The notes beneath the pieces were generated by a model. The model saw only the letters and a program-made list of their open reading frames with translations. It ran no database searches and had not been told where the DNA came from. A stretch of DNA of 64,000 nt from an uncultured Burkholderiales bacterium (GTDB taxonomy: Bacteria > Pseudomonadota > Gammaproteobacteria > Burkholderiales > Burkholderiaceae_C): the NCBI GenBank assembly GCA_903842945.1, contig CAIMNS010000049.1:4759-68758 (forward strand), written 5' to 3'. This document shows positions 22,451 through 32,449 of this stretch, one piece after another. Positions within the stretch are counted from its first letter, which is position 1. Each line of letters begins with the position of its first letter. The position numbers were made by a program, and so were the translations under genes.

Positions 22451-22903
22451 ATGCGAAGATTCCCTCAACAAGCTAGGAAAAAGTCACGAATAGAAATCAT
22501 CCCAATGATCGATGTGATGATGTTTTTGTTGGTTTTTTTTGTACTGATCAGCATCAACGTGATACCTGCTTTGGGCATCAAGATGAACTTGCCCAGTGCC
22601 AACTCGGTCAAAGAAGAACACCCACCCGTTCGGGTCATCTTGGGCATAGGTTCTGATGGTACTTACCAACTCGAAGGACAAACATTTGCCTCTCTTGAAG
22701 GTTTGAAGGCTTCTTTGTTGGCGATCAAAAACCAAAATGAAGCCAAATCCAACAACATTACATCAAGGCCCTCCAGCGCTCGCTTGGCGGTCATCATCAA
22801 CGGCGATGAACTATCTCCCTTGCAGCGATTGGTCGATGTGATGGACATGCTCAAGTCCAATGGGATTGATTCCATGACCATTGCGGCAAAGAAAAAGCAG
22901 TAA
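22451..22903 (+). CDS. exbD: Biopolymer transport protein ExbD
   Basis: IEIIPMIDVMMFLLVFF TM motif, INGD...QRLVDVMD. Confidence 0.93.
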   Translation: MRRFPQQARKKSRIEIIPMIDVMMFLLVFFVLISINVIPALGIKMNLPSANSVKEEHPPVRVILGIGSDGTYQLEGQTFASLEGLKASLLAIKNQNEAKSNNITSRPSSARLAVIINGDELSPLQRLVDVMDMLKSNGIDSMTIAAKKKQ

Positions 22904-22905
22904 AA

Positions 22906-23610
22906 ATGAGTGCCGCTCTTGCTTGGACTTATGAAAAAAGAGATCCCATCTCTTATGCCAGCGCCTTTTTTTTTGGTGTGTTGATTTTATGGTTGATTCA
23001 ATTCTCAGCCCTCGAATTGTCCCGAAACAATGAGCTTGAAATGACCGCCTTCATCGAGTCGCCCCCAGCGCCTGAAATCATCAAGCCTCAAGAGCCTGTG
23101 AAGAAGGTGATTGAAAAGCAAGAGATGCTCAAAAAGCCAGAGATGGTCATGCCAAAGCAGGTGACATCGCCGTTTGCAACAGAAGCGCCAAGGGAGGTGA
23201 AGCAAGCTGAGGCCCCATTGCCGATCGAAAAACCTCAAGTGCATCAAGCACCGCCCCCAGTTGCACTCCCCGCACAAGCGCCAGCTTCAGCGCCAGCGGC
23301 ATCCTCTGTCGCCAGTATTTATGAAGCTCAACTAAGAGCTTACTTGGAAAAAATCAAGCGCTATCCCACCAGCCGTGAAGCCAGGCTCACCAGGCCACAA
23401 GGTGCGGTGCGTGTGTGGTTGGAAATCTCCAGAAGCGGGCAGGTTTTGGGTGTGGGTGTGATGAGCTCATCGGGTTCGAATTTATTGGATGGAGAGGCTT
23501 TGAAAACTTTGAAGAATGGTTTTTATCCTGCTTTTCCTGATGAGGCCTATGTGGGTGAAAGCGCACACAAGTTTTCTGCGACCCTCAGCTACACGCTGGA
23601 GGCGCAATAG
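22906..23610 (+). CDS. tonB: Energy transducer TonB
   Basis: N-terminal TM, Pro-rich linker, KRYPTSREA..QGAVRV..SSGSNLLDGEAL C-terminal domain. Confidence 0.88.
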   Translation: MSAALAWTYEKRDPISYASAFFFGVLILWLIQFSALELSRNNELEMTAFIESPPAPEIIKPQEPVKKVIEKQEMLKKPEMVMPKQVTSPFATEAPREVKQAEAPLPIEKPQVHQAPPPVALPAQAPASAPAASSVASIYEAQLRAYLEKIKRYPTSREARLTRPQGAVRVWLEISRSGQVLGVGVMSSSGSNLLDGEALKTLKNGFYPAFPDEAYVGESAHKFSATLSYTLEAQ

Positions 23611-23671
23611 TTTTTTTGTTAGTTTTTGTTGGATTCAATTAGTTTTTGTTAATTATTTTTAGGAGAAAAAA

Positions 23672-26065
23672 ATGAAGAAGTCGAATCGTGTCTTTCAGCT
23701 GTCCTTGTTGAGCATTGCTCTTTTGGGCACCGGTTATTTTTCATCCGCTTTGGCACAAAAGGCACCTACCGATGTGGGTACAGTCAAAATCACGGGTGAA
23801 GGCGATGCTTTAGGCAATGGACTTTTGATTGATGAAGACAGTGTGAAAACAAAAAGCACAGTCACCAAAGCGATGATTGACAAAGAGCGTCCAACAGCAA
23901 ATGCTTTCCAAGTTTTGAATTTGATGCCCAGTGTCAATGCTTCTAGCTACGATGCGACAGGACTTTTTGGCGGTAATTTAAGGGTCAGAGGTTTTGACAG
24001 CTCCCAGATGGGTTTCACCATCAATGGAGCTCCTGTGAACGACTCTGGTAACTTTGCGATTTATCCACAAGAGTATTCTGATATTGAAAACATGTGTGAA
24101 GTCTTCATCACCCAGGGATCTGTGGATACAGATGCTCCTCATGTGGGCGCCTCAGGGGGTAACGTTGGTATGGTCAGTTGCTCACCCAAAGACACCTTTG
24201 GTGGCAGATTCACGGGCTCTTTGGGGGACTTGAATTTCAAGCGTTCGTTTTTACGCTTGGATACAGGTTTGATTGGCAAGGAACATCCTTTCAAAGCTTT
24301 TGTATCTTACTCAGCCGCTCAAGTCGACAAGTTCAAAGGACTCGGTGCGGCGAACCGTCATCACATCGATGTCGGTATGGATTGGAAACTGACCGACAAC
24401 ACAACATTGACATCCAACTTGCTGTATAACTTTGCAGTCAACAGCAATTTTTTGACTTTGACCAAAGGGGAGAATGCTCAAAATTCATCGCTTGACTTCA
24501 GCTCATCTGTGCCGCAACACTTGGCTTCTGGCAATGAGAACACCACGGCCAATTTTGGTACGAGCAGCGCTGGTGCAGTGCCAAGAGCCAAGTTGGCCTA
24601 CTATGGTTACTCTTTGAATCCCTTTGAGAACTATCTTTTCACATCGCGTTTGCAAACTCGAATCGATGACAAATTGACCTTGAGTGCAGAGCCTTACTTT
24701 TGGTACGGTTATGGCACCGGTGGTACCCAACAAACAACTCTTGCTGAGTCCAGCACAGGATTTCGCGGAGGTATTGCTGACATCAACAAAAATGGCAACA
24801 CCACGGACACCGTGGGCATCTACCGTGGAAGTGTGACCCAGACGAACCGTCCTGGTATCACGTTCAAAGCCAATTACGATTTAGGTGATCACAAGATCCT
24901 AGCTGGACTGTGGATGGAGCAAGCCCGCCACCGTCAAACTCAACCCGCTACCACCTTGGACAACAACGGGACCATTTCTGATTTGTGGTTGAGAAACAAT
25001 TTGTTGCGTTACAACGATGGCAGTTTGTATGAAGGTAGAAACTACAAAACTGTCTCCACCGGTTATTCCTTGTTCTTACAAGACACCATTTCCATGGGTC
25101 GTTTGGACATCATTCCCGGTGTGAGATTCTCTTCTATCAAGCGTGACTTCACCAACTATGCATCTAGTGGCTCGGGTTTGGGCGCAGATTATTCTGCTGA
25201 CAAAACCTATGCCAAGCCTTTGGTTTCTTTAGGTGCTCGTTACAAAATCGACGACGCTTTGCAAGCTTATGCCAATGTTTCTCAAAACATGCGCGCACCG
25301 TCTAACTTCGTTTTGTCAAGCTGGGTCACCGGTGGCACTTATGCCAATGGCGCTTTGACTGGGTATAAGCTAGTTCCCAACAACTCCATTCAAGCTGAGA
25401 CCTCGGTCGCCACTGAAGCCGGACTGCGCATCACAGAAGGTGACATCAAGGGTTCTATCTCCTTGTTCCAAGTCAACTTCAAAAATCGTCTTGCTTCTGG
25501 TTTCAATCCCGATACAGCCACTTACACTGACTACAACGTTGGCGACTCGACCATCAAGGGTTTAGAGTTGCAAATGGGATCCAAGCCAGTCAACGGCTGG
25601 AGTGTGTTTGGTTCTGCAACGTACACACAAAGTAAAATCTTAAACAACTTCCCCGCAACTGCAACCAGCACACTGCCAACGTCTGGCTCGATGTTCCCAG
25701 ATACACCTGAGTGGATGTACGGTGCTTCAGTTCAATACGCTTCAGGTCCTTATCTCGCGTCCTTGTCTGGCAAATACACGGGCAAGCGCTTCACAACACT
25801 TGTCAACGATGAGTTCTTGGATGCCTATACCGTTTTTGACTTGAATGCAGGATATCGCTTTGAAAATGGCACTTTCTTTAAGAGCCCCACCGTGCGTTTG
25901 AACGTGAGCAACTTGTTCAACAAGAACTATTTGATTGCCAACTCTGGAAGTGGTTCAAACATCACCACCTCGACAACGGCACCAAGTTCACAAGGCGGTG
26001 GTTTTCCCAGCTATTACGTTGGAGCCCCGAGGTTTGTCAGCATGTCATTTGGCACTGATTTCTAA
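23672..26065 (+). CDS. TonB-dependent outer membrane receptor
   Basis: Signal peptide, TonB-box-like DVGTVKI, plug LRVRGF...TINGAPVND, NVSNLFNKNY, terminal Phe. AGGAG RBS. Confidence 0.93.
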   Translation: MKKSNRVFQLSLLSIALLGTGYFSSALAQKAPTDVGTVKITGEGDALGNGLLIDEDSVKTKSTVTKAMIDKERPTANAFQVLNLMPSVNASSYDATGLFGGNLRVRGFDSSQMGFTINGAPVNDSGNFAIYPQEYSDIENMCEVFITQGSVDTDAPHVGASGGNVGMVSCSPKDTFGGRFTGSLGDLNFKRSFLRLDTGLIGKEHPFKAFVSYSAAQVDKFKGLGAANRHHIDVGMDWKLTDNTTLTSNLLYNFAVNSNFLTLTKGENAQNSSLDFSSSVPQHLASGNENTTANFGTSSAGAVPRAKLAYYGYSLNPFENYLFTSRLQTRIDDKLTLSAEPYFWYGYGTGGTQQTTLAESSTGFRGGIADINKNGNTTDTVGIYRGSVTQTNRPGITFKANYDLGDHKILAGLWMEQARHRQTQPATTLDNNGTISDLWLRNNLLRYNDGSLYEGRNYKTVSTGYSLFLQDTISMGRLDIIPGVRFSSIKRDFTNYASSGSGLGADYSADKTYAKPLVSLGARYKIDDALQAYANVSQNMRAPSNFVLSSWVTGGTYANGALTGYKLVPNNSIQAETSVATEAGLRITEGDIKGSISLFQVNFKNRLASGFNPDTATYTDYNVGDSTIKGLELQMGSKPVNGWSVFGSATYTQSKILNNFPATATSTLPTSGSMFPDTPEWMYGASVQYASGPYLASLSGKYTGKRFTTLVNDEFLDAYTVFDLNAGYRFENGTFFKSPTVRLNVSNLFNKNYLIANSGSGSNITTSTTAPSSQGGGFPSYYVGAPRFVSMSFGTDF

Positions 26066-26071
26066 ACCTAC

Positions 26072-26632
26072 ATGACTGAGTTTTTACACCAAGCTTCGTT
26101 TGGGTTGATGATCATCTCTGCCATCATTGCAACTGTGGTGAGCGTAGAGAGGATCATCTTCTCCAGTATGAATTTAAAGCGGGCCAAGCAGTTGACGCTC
26201 TGCGTTGAGTCGCAAAAGGGCTCTGTTAGCACTTTGTTAGGAAAAGATGTTGTGTCTGAGATGGTTCAAAAAATCCTTGATGACAAAGCTCAAAATTTTC
26301 CTGAGTCCGTTCAACATGACCGAGCTGATGCAGCGTTCATTCACGCCAAAGATGAATTGGGTGCCAGGCTTTGGATACTTGACACGATCGTCACTGCCGC
26401 GCCCTTGATGGGCCTCTTGGGGACCATTTTCGGTATCGTGGATACTTTTTTGGCCTTGTCTAAATCTGGTATGTCTGACCCTGCAGGTGTGAGTGCAGGC
26501 ATTGGAACGGCTCTTTACGCGACGGCACTTGGAATTTCAATTGCCTTGATTGGTCTTTTCGCATTCAACTTTTTGAGTGTTCGCAATGAGAGGATAGGGG
26601 AGCATTTGAAGATGCTGATTTTGCGACTCTAG
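26072..26632 (+). CDS. exbB: ExbB (MotA/TolQ/ExbB proton channel)
   Basis: LDTIVTAAPLMGLLGTIFGI, GIGTALYATALG. Confidence 0.92.
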   Translation: MTEFLHQASFGLMIISAIIATVVSVERIIFSSMNLKRAKQLTLCVESQKGSVSTLLGKDVVSEMVQKILDDKAQNFPESVQHDRADAAFIHAKDELGARLWILDTIVTAAPLMGLLGTIFGIVDTFLALSKSGMSDPAGVSAGIGTALYATALGISIALIGLFAFNFLSVRNERIGEHLKMLILRL

Positions 26633-26657
26633 ACCTTTCTATGTTTTGATCCGTCCC

Positions 26658-26699
26658 GCCGTTAACTGCCAGCGTGATCCAGTTAACGGCTTCTTTTTT
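26658..26699 (+). terminator. Intrinsic terminator after exbB
   Basis: GCCGTTAACTG...CAGTTAACGGC 11-bp stem followed by TTCTTTTTT. Confidence 0.8.
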
Positions 26700-26790
26700 G
26701 GCGTGTTCCATCATCTCGCTACAGCCGGGCATGTATTTTTTGGCGCTTGATCCATCAATGAGCTTGCCTTGTGGGTCGATTTGCTTATCC

Positions 26791-26803
26791 TAAGTGTTTG
26801 ATT
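26791..26803. promoter_or_regulatory. IHF consensus site upstream of psd
   Basis: TAAGTGTTTGATT is the reverse complement of WATCAANNNNTTR. Confidence 0.5.
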
Positions 26804-26894
26804 TCATTTAAAAAAAACTCATTTCTAGGGGTGAATAGAAAAGCACCTTGTGACCATTACAATCAAAGTCATTCAGATTTAACAAAGGTGCCCC

Positions 26895-27545
26895 TTGAAT
26901 TACCCACATCCTATTTTGGCAAGAGAAGGTTGGCTCTACATTGCCTTGAGTTTGATTGCCGCAGTTGTCGCCCATTGGCAGGGGGGATGGGCTTGGGGTT
27001 TGCTCTTTGATCTGATGTGTGTTTTTGTCATCCAGTTTTTTCGTGACCCCCCTAGAGAAGTTCCAAGTGAAGAGGATGCGGTGTTGTCTCCAGCGGACGG
27101 TCGCGTCATCAAGGTCGAGCGGGCTTTTGATCCCTACGCCAACCGCGAAGCGATTTTGATCAGTGTCTTCATGAATGTGTTCAATGTCCATAGCAACCGA
27201 GTGAGCGTGAATGGCACAGTGAGCAAGATCGAGTATTTTCCTGGAAAGTTTTTCAACGCAGATTTAGACAAGGCCTCCACAGAAAATGAGCGCAATGCCA
27301 TGGTCATCGATGCGCAATTTGCAGGTCAGCCTAAAACCATCACCTTGGTCCAAGTTGCTGGTCTGATTGCCAGAAGAATTCTTTGTTATGTTCAGGTGGG
27401 AGAACAACTCCAAAAAGGTCAGCGCTACGGATTTATCCGGTTTGGCTCTCGAGTGGATGTGTACTTGCCTATCGATGCGATTGTGAAAGTGTCGCCTGGA
27501 GATAAAGTCTCTGCGACCATGACCATTTTGGCCAAATTAAGCTGA
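26895..27545 (+). CDS. psd: Phosphatidylserine decarboxylase proenzyme
   Basis: [40 protein letters not shown] cleavage site. Confidence 0.96.
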   Translation: MNYPHPILAREGWLYIALSLIAAVVAHWQGGWAWGLLFDLMCVFVIQFFRDPPREVPSEEDAVLSPADGRVIKVERAFDPYANREAILISVFMNVFNVHSNRVSVNGTVSKIEYFPGKFFNADLDKASTENERNAMVIDAQFAGQPKTITLVQVAGLIARRILCYVQVGEQLQKGQRYGFIRFGSRVDVYLPIDAIVKVSPGDKVSATMTILAKLS

Positions 27546-27590
27546 TGGGCTTCCCGCATTCAGGTGCATGTATTTAAAGGATTGAACGCG

Positions 27591-28436
27591 ATGAATCCCC
27601 TTGAAGTCCCAGAGGTCAAACTGAGCTCTAGAAAACCCCGCAAAGGCATTTACATGCTGCCCAATTTGGTGACCTTGGCAGCTTTGTTTGGGGGGTTTTA
27701 TTCCATCGTGATGGCGATGAACGAGCGCTTTGACGCGGCCACCATGGGAGTTTTTTGTGCCATGATTTTGGACAGCTTAGATGGTCGCGTGGCCCGCATG
27801 ACCAATACGCAAAGCGCTTTCGGTGAGCAAATGGATTCTTTGGCCGACATGGTGTCCTTTGGCGCAGCACCGGCCTTGATTTCTTATGAGTGGGCCTTGA
27901 AGGGCCTGGGTCGTTGGGGCTGGATTGCTGCATTTTTGTACTGCGCTTGTGCTGCTCTTCGCTTGGCCAGGTTCAATGTCAACACCAGCGTGGTCGATAA
28001 ACGGTTTTTTCAAGGTCTGCCTTCCCCAGCTGCAGCGGCGGTCATCGCGGGTTTCATTTGGTTGATCAATGAAGCGGGCATTGACGGTCCAAGTGTTGCA
28101 TGGGGGATGTTTGCGCTTTGTTTGTTCGCAGGCTTGAGCATGGTCACCAACGCACCTTATTACAGCTTCAAAGATGTTCAAATGAAGAAAAGCGTGCCTT
28201 TTGCGACCATCGTTTTGCTCGCTCTGATCATCGCTGTCATCAACATTCATCCACCTACCGTTTTGTTTGCATTGTTTGTAGCCTATGGCTTATCAGGCTA
28301 CGTCATCTATGCTTGGAGAAAAGCGAGCGGATTACAAGCAAGTGTGATCAGTACATCCACCGACGAGCCTGAGGAGTCAGGCCTTCATGATCTTGAGGCG
28401 GATAAGGAAGATCAAGCGCGACACCCCCAAAGCTAA
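27591..28436 (+). CDS. pssA: CDP-diacylglycerol--serine O-phosphatidyltransferase
   Basis: LDGRVARMTNTQSAFGEQMDSLADMVSFG CDP-alcohol phosphotransferase motif. Confidence 0.96.
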   Translation: MNPLEVPEVKLSSRKPRKGIYMLPNLVTLAALFGGFYSIVMAMNERFDAATMGVFCAMILDSLDGRVARMTNTQSAFGEQMDSLADMVSFGAAPALISYEWALKGLGRWGWIAAFLYCACAALRLARFNVNTSVVDKRFFQGLPSPAAAAVIAGFIWLINEAGIDGPSVAWGMFALCLFAGLSMVTNAPYYSFKDVQMKKSVPFATIVLLALIIAVINIHPPTVLFALFVAYGLSGYVIYAWRKASGLQASVISTSTDEPEESGLHDLEADKEDQARHPQS

Positions 28437-28495
28437 AAAACAACGAGCTCAAGACCTGAACTTTGCAGGTCAAGTATTTGTGTTAAAATTCACCC

Positions 28496-28546
28496 ATGAA
28501 CAAAATGCTAACGCTTCTACTGCTGCGCTTTAACGGGCGGAGTTAG
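28496..28546 (+). CDS. leuL: leuA leader peptide MNKMLTLLLLRFNGRS
   Basis: 16 codons with five Leu (CTA,CTT,CTA,CTG,CTG) directly upstream of the attenuator. Confidence 0.85.
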   Translation: MNKMLTLLLLRFNGRS

Positions 28547-28599
28547 ACGCGAGCGTTCAAACCCCAAAAAGCCCGTATGCAGTTGCAACGGGCTTTTTT
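28532..28599 (+). terminator. leuA attenuator (antiterminator/terminator)
   Basis: Terminator GCCCGT...ACGGGC+T6 (28566-28599). ACGGGC in the leader (28533-28538) can pair alternatively with GCCCGT (28571-28576). Confidence 0.88.
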
Positions 28600-28660
28600 G
28601 TTGTGTGGTGTGGATAAGTTGGTAATAGTCAAAAGAAGTTAAATGCTTAAGGAGTAAGTC

Positions 28661-30199
28661 ATGGCCGATAAATTGATCATATTTGATACCACTTTAAGAG
28701 ATGGAGAGCAGTCGCCAGGGGCCTCCATGACCAAGGATGAAAAGTTGCGCATCGCACGTCAACTGGAACGTTTGAAAGTGGATGTGATCGAGGCGGGTTT
28801 TGCGGCAAGCTCCAACGGTGACTTTGAAGCCGTGAAAGCCATTGCAAACACCATCAAGGAGTCCATCGTTTGCTCACTCTCAAGGGCCAACGATCGAGAC
28901 ATCAGTCAGGCCGCTTTGGCACTTAAAGGTGCGCAACGCGGGCGAATTCACACCTTCATAGCGACCTCGGCACTTCATATGGAGAAGAAACTTCGCATGA
29001 GCCCTGAGCAAGTGCTCGAGCAAGCGAAACTGTCCGTTCGGTTTGCTAAAAATTTGCTCGCCGATATCGAGTTCAGTCCAGAGGACGGTTACAGAAGCGA
29101 TGAAGATTTTTTATGCAGGGTGATTGAAGCCGTGATTGCCGAAGGGGCAACGACCATCAATGTGCCGGACACGGTGGGTTATGCGGTCCCAGAGCTGTAT
29201 GGCCAGTTCATTAAAAATTTACGCGAGCGCATTCCCAACAGCGACAAGGCCATTTGGTCCGTTCACTGTCACAACGATTTAGGCATGGCGGTGGCCAACT
29301 CCTTGGCGGGCGTGATGATGGGCGGGGCTAGGCAGGTGGAGTGCACCATCAATGGCCTGGGCGAGCGAGCAGGCAACTGCTCACTGGAGGAGATTGTCAT
29401 GGCGGTCAAAACCCGCAAGGACTATTACGGCTTGGAGCTGGGTATCGATACCAAGCACATTGTGGCCACCAGCAAAATGGTGAGTCAAACCACGGGATTT
29501 GTGGTGCAGCCCAACAAAGCGGTGGTGGGGGCCAATGCTTTTGCTCATGCCTCTGGTATTCACCAAGACGGTGTTTTGAAAGCCAGAGACACTTACGAGA
29601 TCATGAGAGCTGAGGACGTGGGTTGGAGTGCCAATAAGATTGTCTTGGGCAAGTTAAGTGGTCGCAATGCGTTCAAACAAAGACTGCAAGACTTGGGCGT
29701 TCAACTTGAAGGTGAGGCCGATATCAACACCGCGTTTTCAAAATTCAAGGAATTGGCTGATCGCAAAAGCGATATCTTTGATGAAGATATATTGGCTTTG
29801 GTCAGTGATGAAAGCGTCAGTCAAGCGCAAGAGCAGTTCTCCTTTGTGTCCTTGTCTCAAAGAAGTGAGACAGGGGAAAAACCACATGCCAGCATCGTCT
29901 TTAAGGTCCATGGCAAGGAAGTCAAAAGCGAGTCGAACGGCAACGGCCCTGTCGACGCCTCCTTGAAAGCCATTGAAAACTTTGTCAAAAGCGGTGCCGA
30001 AATGGTCCTCTATTCGGTCAATGCCATCAGCGGCTCAACCGAGTCTCAAGGAGAGGTCACCGTGCGATTGCAAAACAGTGGCCGTGTGGTCAATGGCGTG
30101 GGATCTGATCCCGACATTGTGGTGGCCTCGAGCAAAGCCTATTTGAGTGCCCTGAACAAACTGCAAAACAAATCCGATCGCGTCGCAGCCCAAGGGTAA
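28661..30199 (+). CDS. leuA: 2-isopropylmalate synthase
   Basis: [43 protein letters not shown]. Confidence 0.98.
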   Translation: MADKLIIFDTTLRDGEQSPGASMTKDEKLRIARQLERLKVDVIEAGFAASSNGDFEAVKAIANTIKESIVCSLSRANDRDISQAALALKGAQRGRIHTFIATSALHMEKKLRMSPEQVLEQAKLSVRFAKNLLADIEFSPEDGYRSDEDFLCRVIEAVIAEGATTINVPDTVGYAVPELYGQFIKNLRERIPNSDKAIWSVHCHNDLGMAVANSLAGVMMGGARQVECTINGLGERAGNCSLEEIVMAVKTRKDYYGLELGIDTKHIVATSKMVSQTTGFVVQPNKAVVGANAFAHASGIHQDGVLKARDTYEIMRAEDVGWSANKIVLGKLSGRNAFKQRLQDLGVQLEGEADINTAFSKFKELADRKSDIFDEDILALVSDESVSQAQEQFSFVSLSQRSETGEKPHASIVFKVHGKEVKSESNGNGPVDASLKAIENFVKSGAEMVLYSVNAISGSTESQGEVTVRLQNSGRVVNGVGSDPDIVVASSKAYLSALNKLQNKSDRVAAQG

Positions 30200-30320
30200 A
30201 CACTTAGAGGTGTGCTTCTCCCTAGTGCTTTGAGAGGCAAGAGACCTTGATTGAGAGGCAAATTTTAGTTTTTTTAAATAAAAACCGAAGCTTGGATCGT
30301 GGTTATTTAAGCAACTTTAC

Positions 30321-30356
30321 AAAAATCATGCAAGTCATTGATCTTGCATGATTTTT
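30321..30356. repeat. Perfect 14-bp inverted repeat containing an IHF-like core
   Basis: AAAAATCATGCAAG-TCATTGAT-CTTGCATGATTTTT. Confidence 0.8.
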
Positions 30357-30569
30357 TATTTGTTGATACACTTGCGCTCATCTTGATGGCAAGAGTGCGA
30401 AGGCTTGGGGTCTTAAAAGTCTCAAAACCTTCACGGCCTTTGCAAAAAAGGGTGTTGTTGGGGGGTCCCTCTTGCACCGTTCAAGTGCGAGAGCAGGCAA
30501 GCCCTGATTCAAGAAGTGTTGTGTACAGTTTACAAGTGACCTGTCGATCCTATAAAGTGTTGCACAGAG

Positions 30570-31574
30570 TTGGCTAAAAAAAGGGGAAATGTTTTGATCA
30601 AACTAATTTGGATGAGTTGTGTACTTTGCTTGTTGAGCGGATGGGCTCAGGCAAAAGTGTCCTCGACGAATGATCAAAACGTGACACTCGTCAAATCCAA
30701 GGATGGTACCGTTAGGCACAAAGCCGTTAAATTGAAACGATCCATCAAACGGGTGTCTGTCCCTTTAAGGCCTTCCTACGGTCAATTGGCTGGCTTGCAT
30801 CAATTGTCCGATGACTTGTCGCTCAAATCCAGCGTTGCCTATGTGATTGATCAAGACACGCATGAAGTGCTGCTGAGTAAAAACGATCAAGCGGTTTTAC
30901 CCATTGCTTCCATCACCAAGCTCATGACGGGTTTGATTGTGAGCGAGAACAAATTGGATTTATCTCAACCCATCACCATCACGGATGACGACGTGGACAT
31001 GGAAAAAGGCAGCTCATCGAGGTTGAGGGTGGGCACCACATTGACCCGTGGTGAGTTGCTTCATTTGGCCTTGATGGCCAGCGAGAACCGCGCTGCACAT
31101 GCCTTGGGTCGCACCTTTCCAGAGGGTGGTTTGGGTGCATTTGTTCAAAAAATGAATGAAAAAGCGCTGCAACTGGGCATGAAGGACACCAGCTATTTTG
31201 AACCCACTGGCTTGTCCAGCAAAAATCAATCCAGTGCAAAAGATTTGGCCACCTTGGTGGGGCATGCTTATCAAGACTCTTTGCTCAGGGAGTTATCCAC
31301 GTCGGCAAGCCATTCTGTTGAGGTTGGCTCCAGGGTGATGAGTTTTCACACGACCAATCGATTGGTCAAAAATCCCAATTGGGACATTGGTCTTCAAAAG
31401 ACAGGTTACATCTCTGAGGCTGGGCAGTGTTTGGTGATGCAAGCCAAAATTGCAGGCCGTCATCTGATCATGGTGTTTTTAGACTCTGCTGGCAAACTCA
31501 GCCGTATCGCTGATGCAGAGCGCGTCAGGCATTGGGTGGAAGCACAGCAAAAATTTGTTGTGCCCCAAAGCTAA
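30570..31574 (+). CDS. pbpG: D-alanyl-D-alanine endopeptidase (PBP7, peptidase S11)
   Basis: ASITK (SxxK), ASEN (SxN), QKTG. Start uncertain. Confidence 0.93.
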   Translation: MAKKRGNVLIKLIWMSCVLCLLSGWAQAKVSSTNDQNVTLVKSKDGTVRHKAVKLKRSIKRVSVPLRPSYGQLAGLHQLSDDLSLKSSVAYVIDQDTHEVLLSKNDQAVLPIASITKLMTGLIVSENKLDLSQPITITDDDVDMEKGSSSRLRVGTTLTRGELLHLALMASENRAAHALGRTFPEGGLGAFVQKMNEKALQLGMKDTSYFEPTGLSSKNQSSAKDLATLVGHAYQDSLLRELSTSASHSVEVGSRVMSFHTTNRLVKNPNWDIGLQKTGYISEAGQCLVMQAKIAGRHLIMVFLDSAGKLSRIADAERVRHWVEAQQKFVVPQS

Positions 31575-31628
31575 AAGGCCTTTTTCTGCGCTTGCTGTTG
31601 AGCTAGAAATGTTCCTCTTGAGGCTTTC

Positions 31629-32411
31629 TCAAGGGGCGTCACCCAAGGCTTTTGAGATGTCTTGAGCGGTGCTTTGGAGATGAGCGAGCCACTGCTCATC
31701 GAGCCTATCGGCCGGTGCAGAGATGGACAAACCAGCGACCAAAAGATGTTGGTCGTCATAAATTCCACAAGCCATGCACCTCACGCCCAGTTCCAACTCT
31801 TCGTTGTCTCGGGCCACGCCATCTTGCTTCACCTTTGACAACTCAAGCTCGAGGTCTTCGAGCCGGGTGATGCTGTTGATGGTGTTGCCCAGCAAACTTG
31901 TCCTTTGAGCGTAGGCTTTTATTTTGAGTGGCTCTTCAGCGGCTAAAAAAAGCTTTCCTACAGAGGTCAAATGCAAGGGGGCGCGTCCCCCGATGGCTCT
32001 GACGACTTGCATGCCAGAGCGTTCACTGAAGGCGCGCTCGATGTAGACAATCTCATCGCCTTGTCTGAGACTCAAATTGACAGACTGCTCAATCAAATGG
32101 TGCAGGCTTCTCATGGGCTCGAGTGCCGCGTCGCGCACATGCAAGCGTGCTTTGACCAAATTACCCAGTTCCAAAAAACGCATGCCCAGACGGTAGGTAC
32201 CTGATTCGGGTCGGTCGACATAATGACCCAGGGCCAAGTCGTTCAAAATACGATGGGCCGTGGAGGGGTGGAGTTGTGTTTTTTCACTGATTTCTTTGAG
32301 ACTCATGGCCTCTTGCCGAGAGGCCAGCAAGTCCATGAGTTTGAAGATTCTCTCAATGACTTGAATGGCGGGGGTTTGAACGTTTGAGTCAGTGGGATGC
32401 GTGTTGGCCAT
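31629..32411 (-). CDS. IclR family transcriptional regulator
   Basis: HTH LHPSTAHRIL, YRLGMRFLELG, APLHLTSVGK, LSISAP. Confidence 0.93.
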   Translation of the reverse strand: MANTHPTDSNVQTPAIQVIERIFKLMDLLASRQEAMSLKEISEKTQLHPSTAHRILNDLALGHYVDRPESGTYRLGMRFLELGNLVKARLHVRDAALEPMRSLHHLIEQSVNLSLRQGDEIVYIERAFSERSGMQVVRAIGGRAPLHLTSVGKLFLAAEEPLKIKAYAQRTSLLGNTINSITRLEDLELELSKVKQDGVARDNEELELGVRCMACGIYDDQHLLVAGLSISAPADRLDEQWLAHLQSTAQDISKALGDAP

Positions 32412-32449
32412 GAGCAATCTTAACTCTTTAATTGCATTTGATGGAGGCC

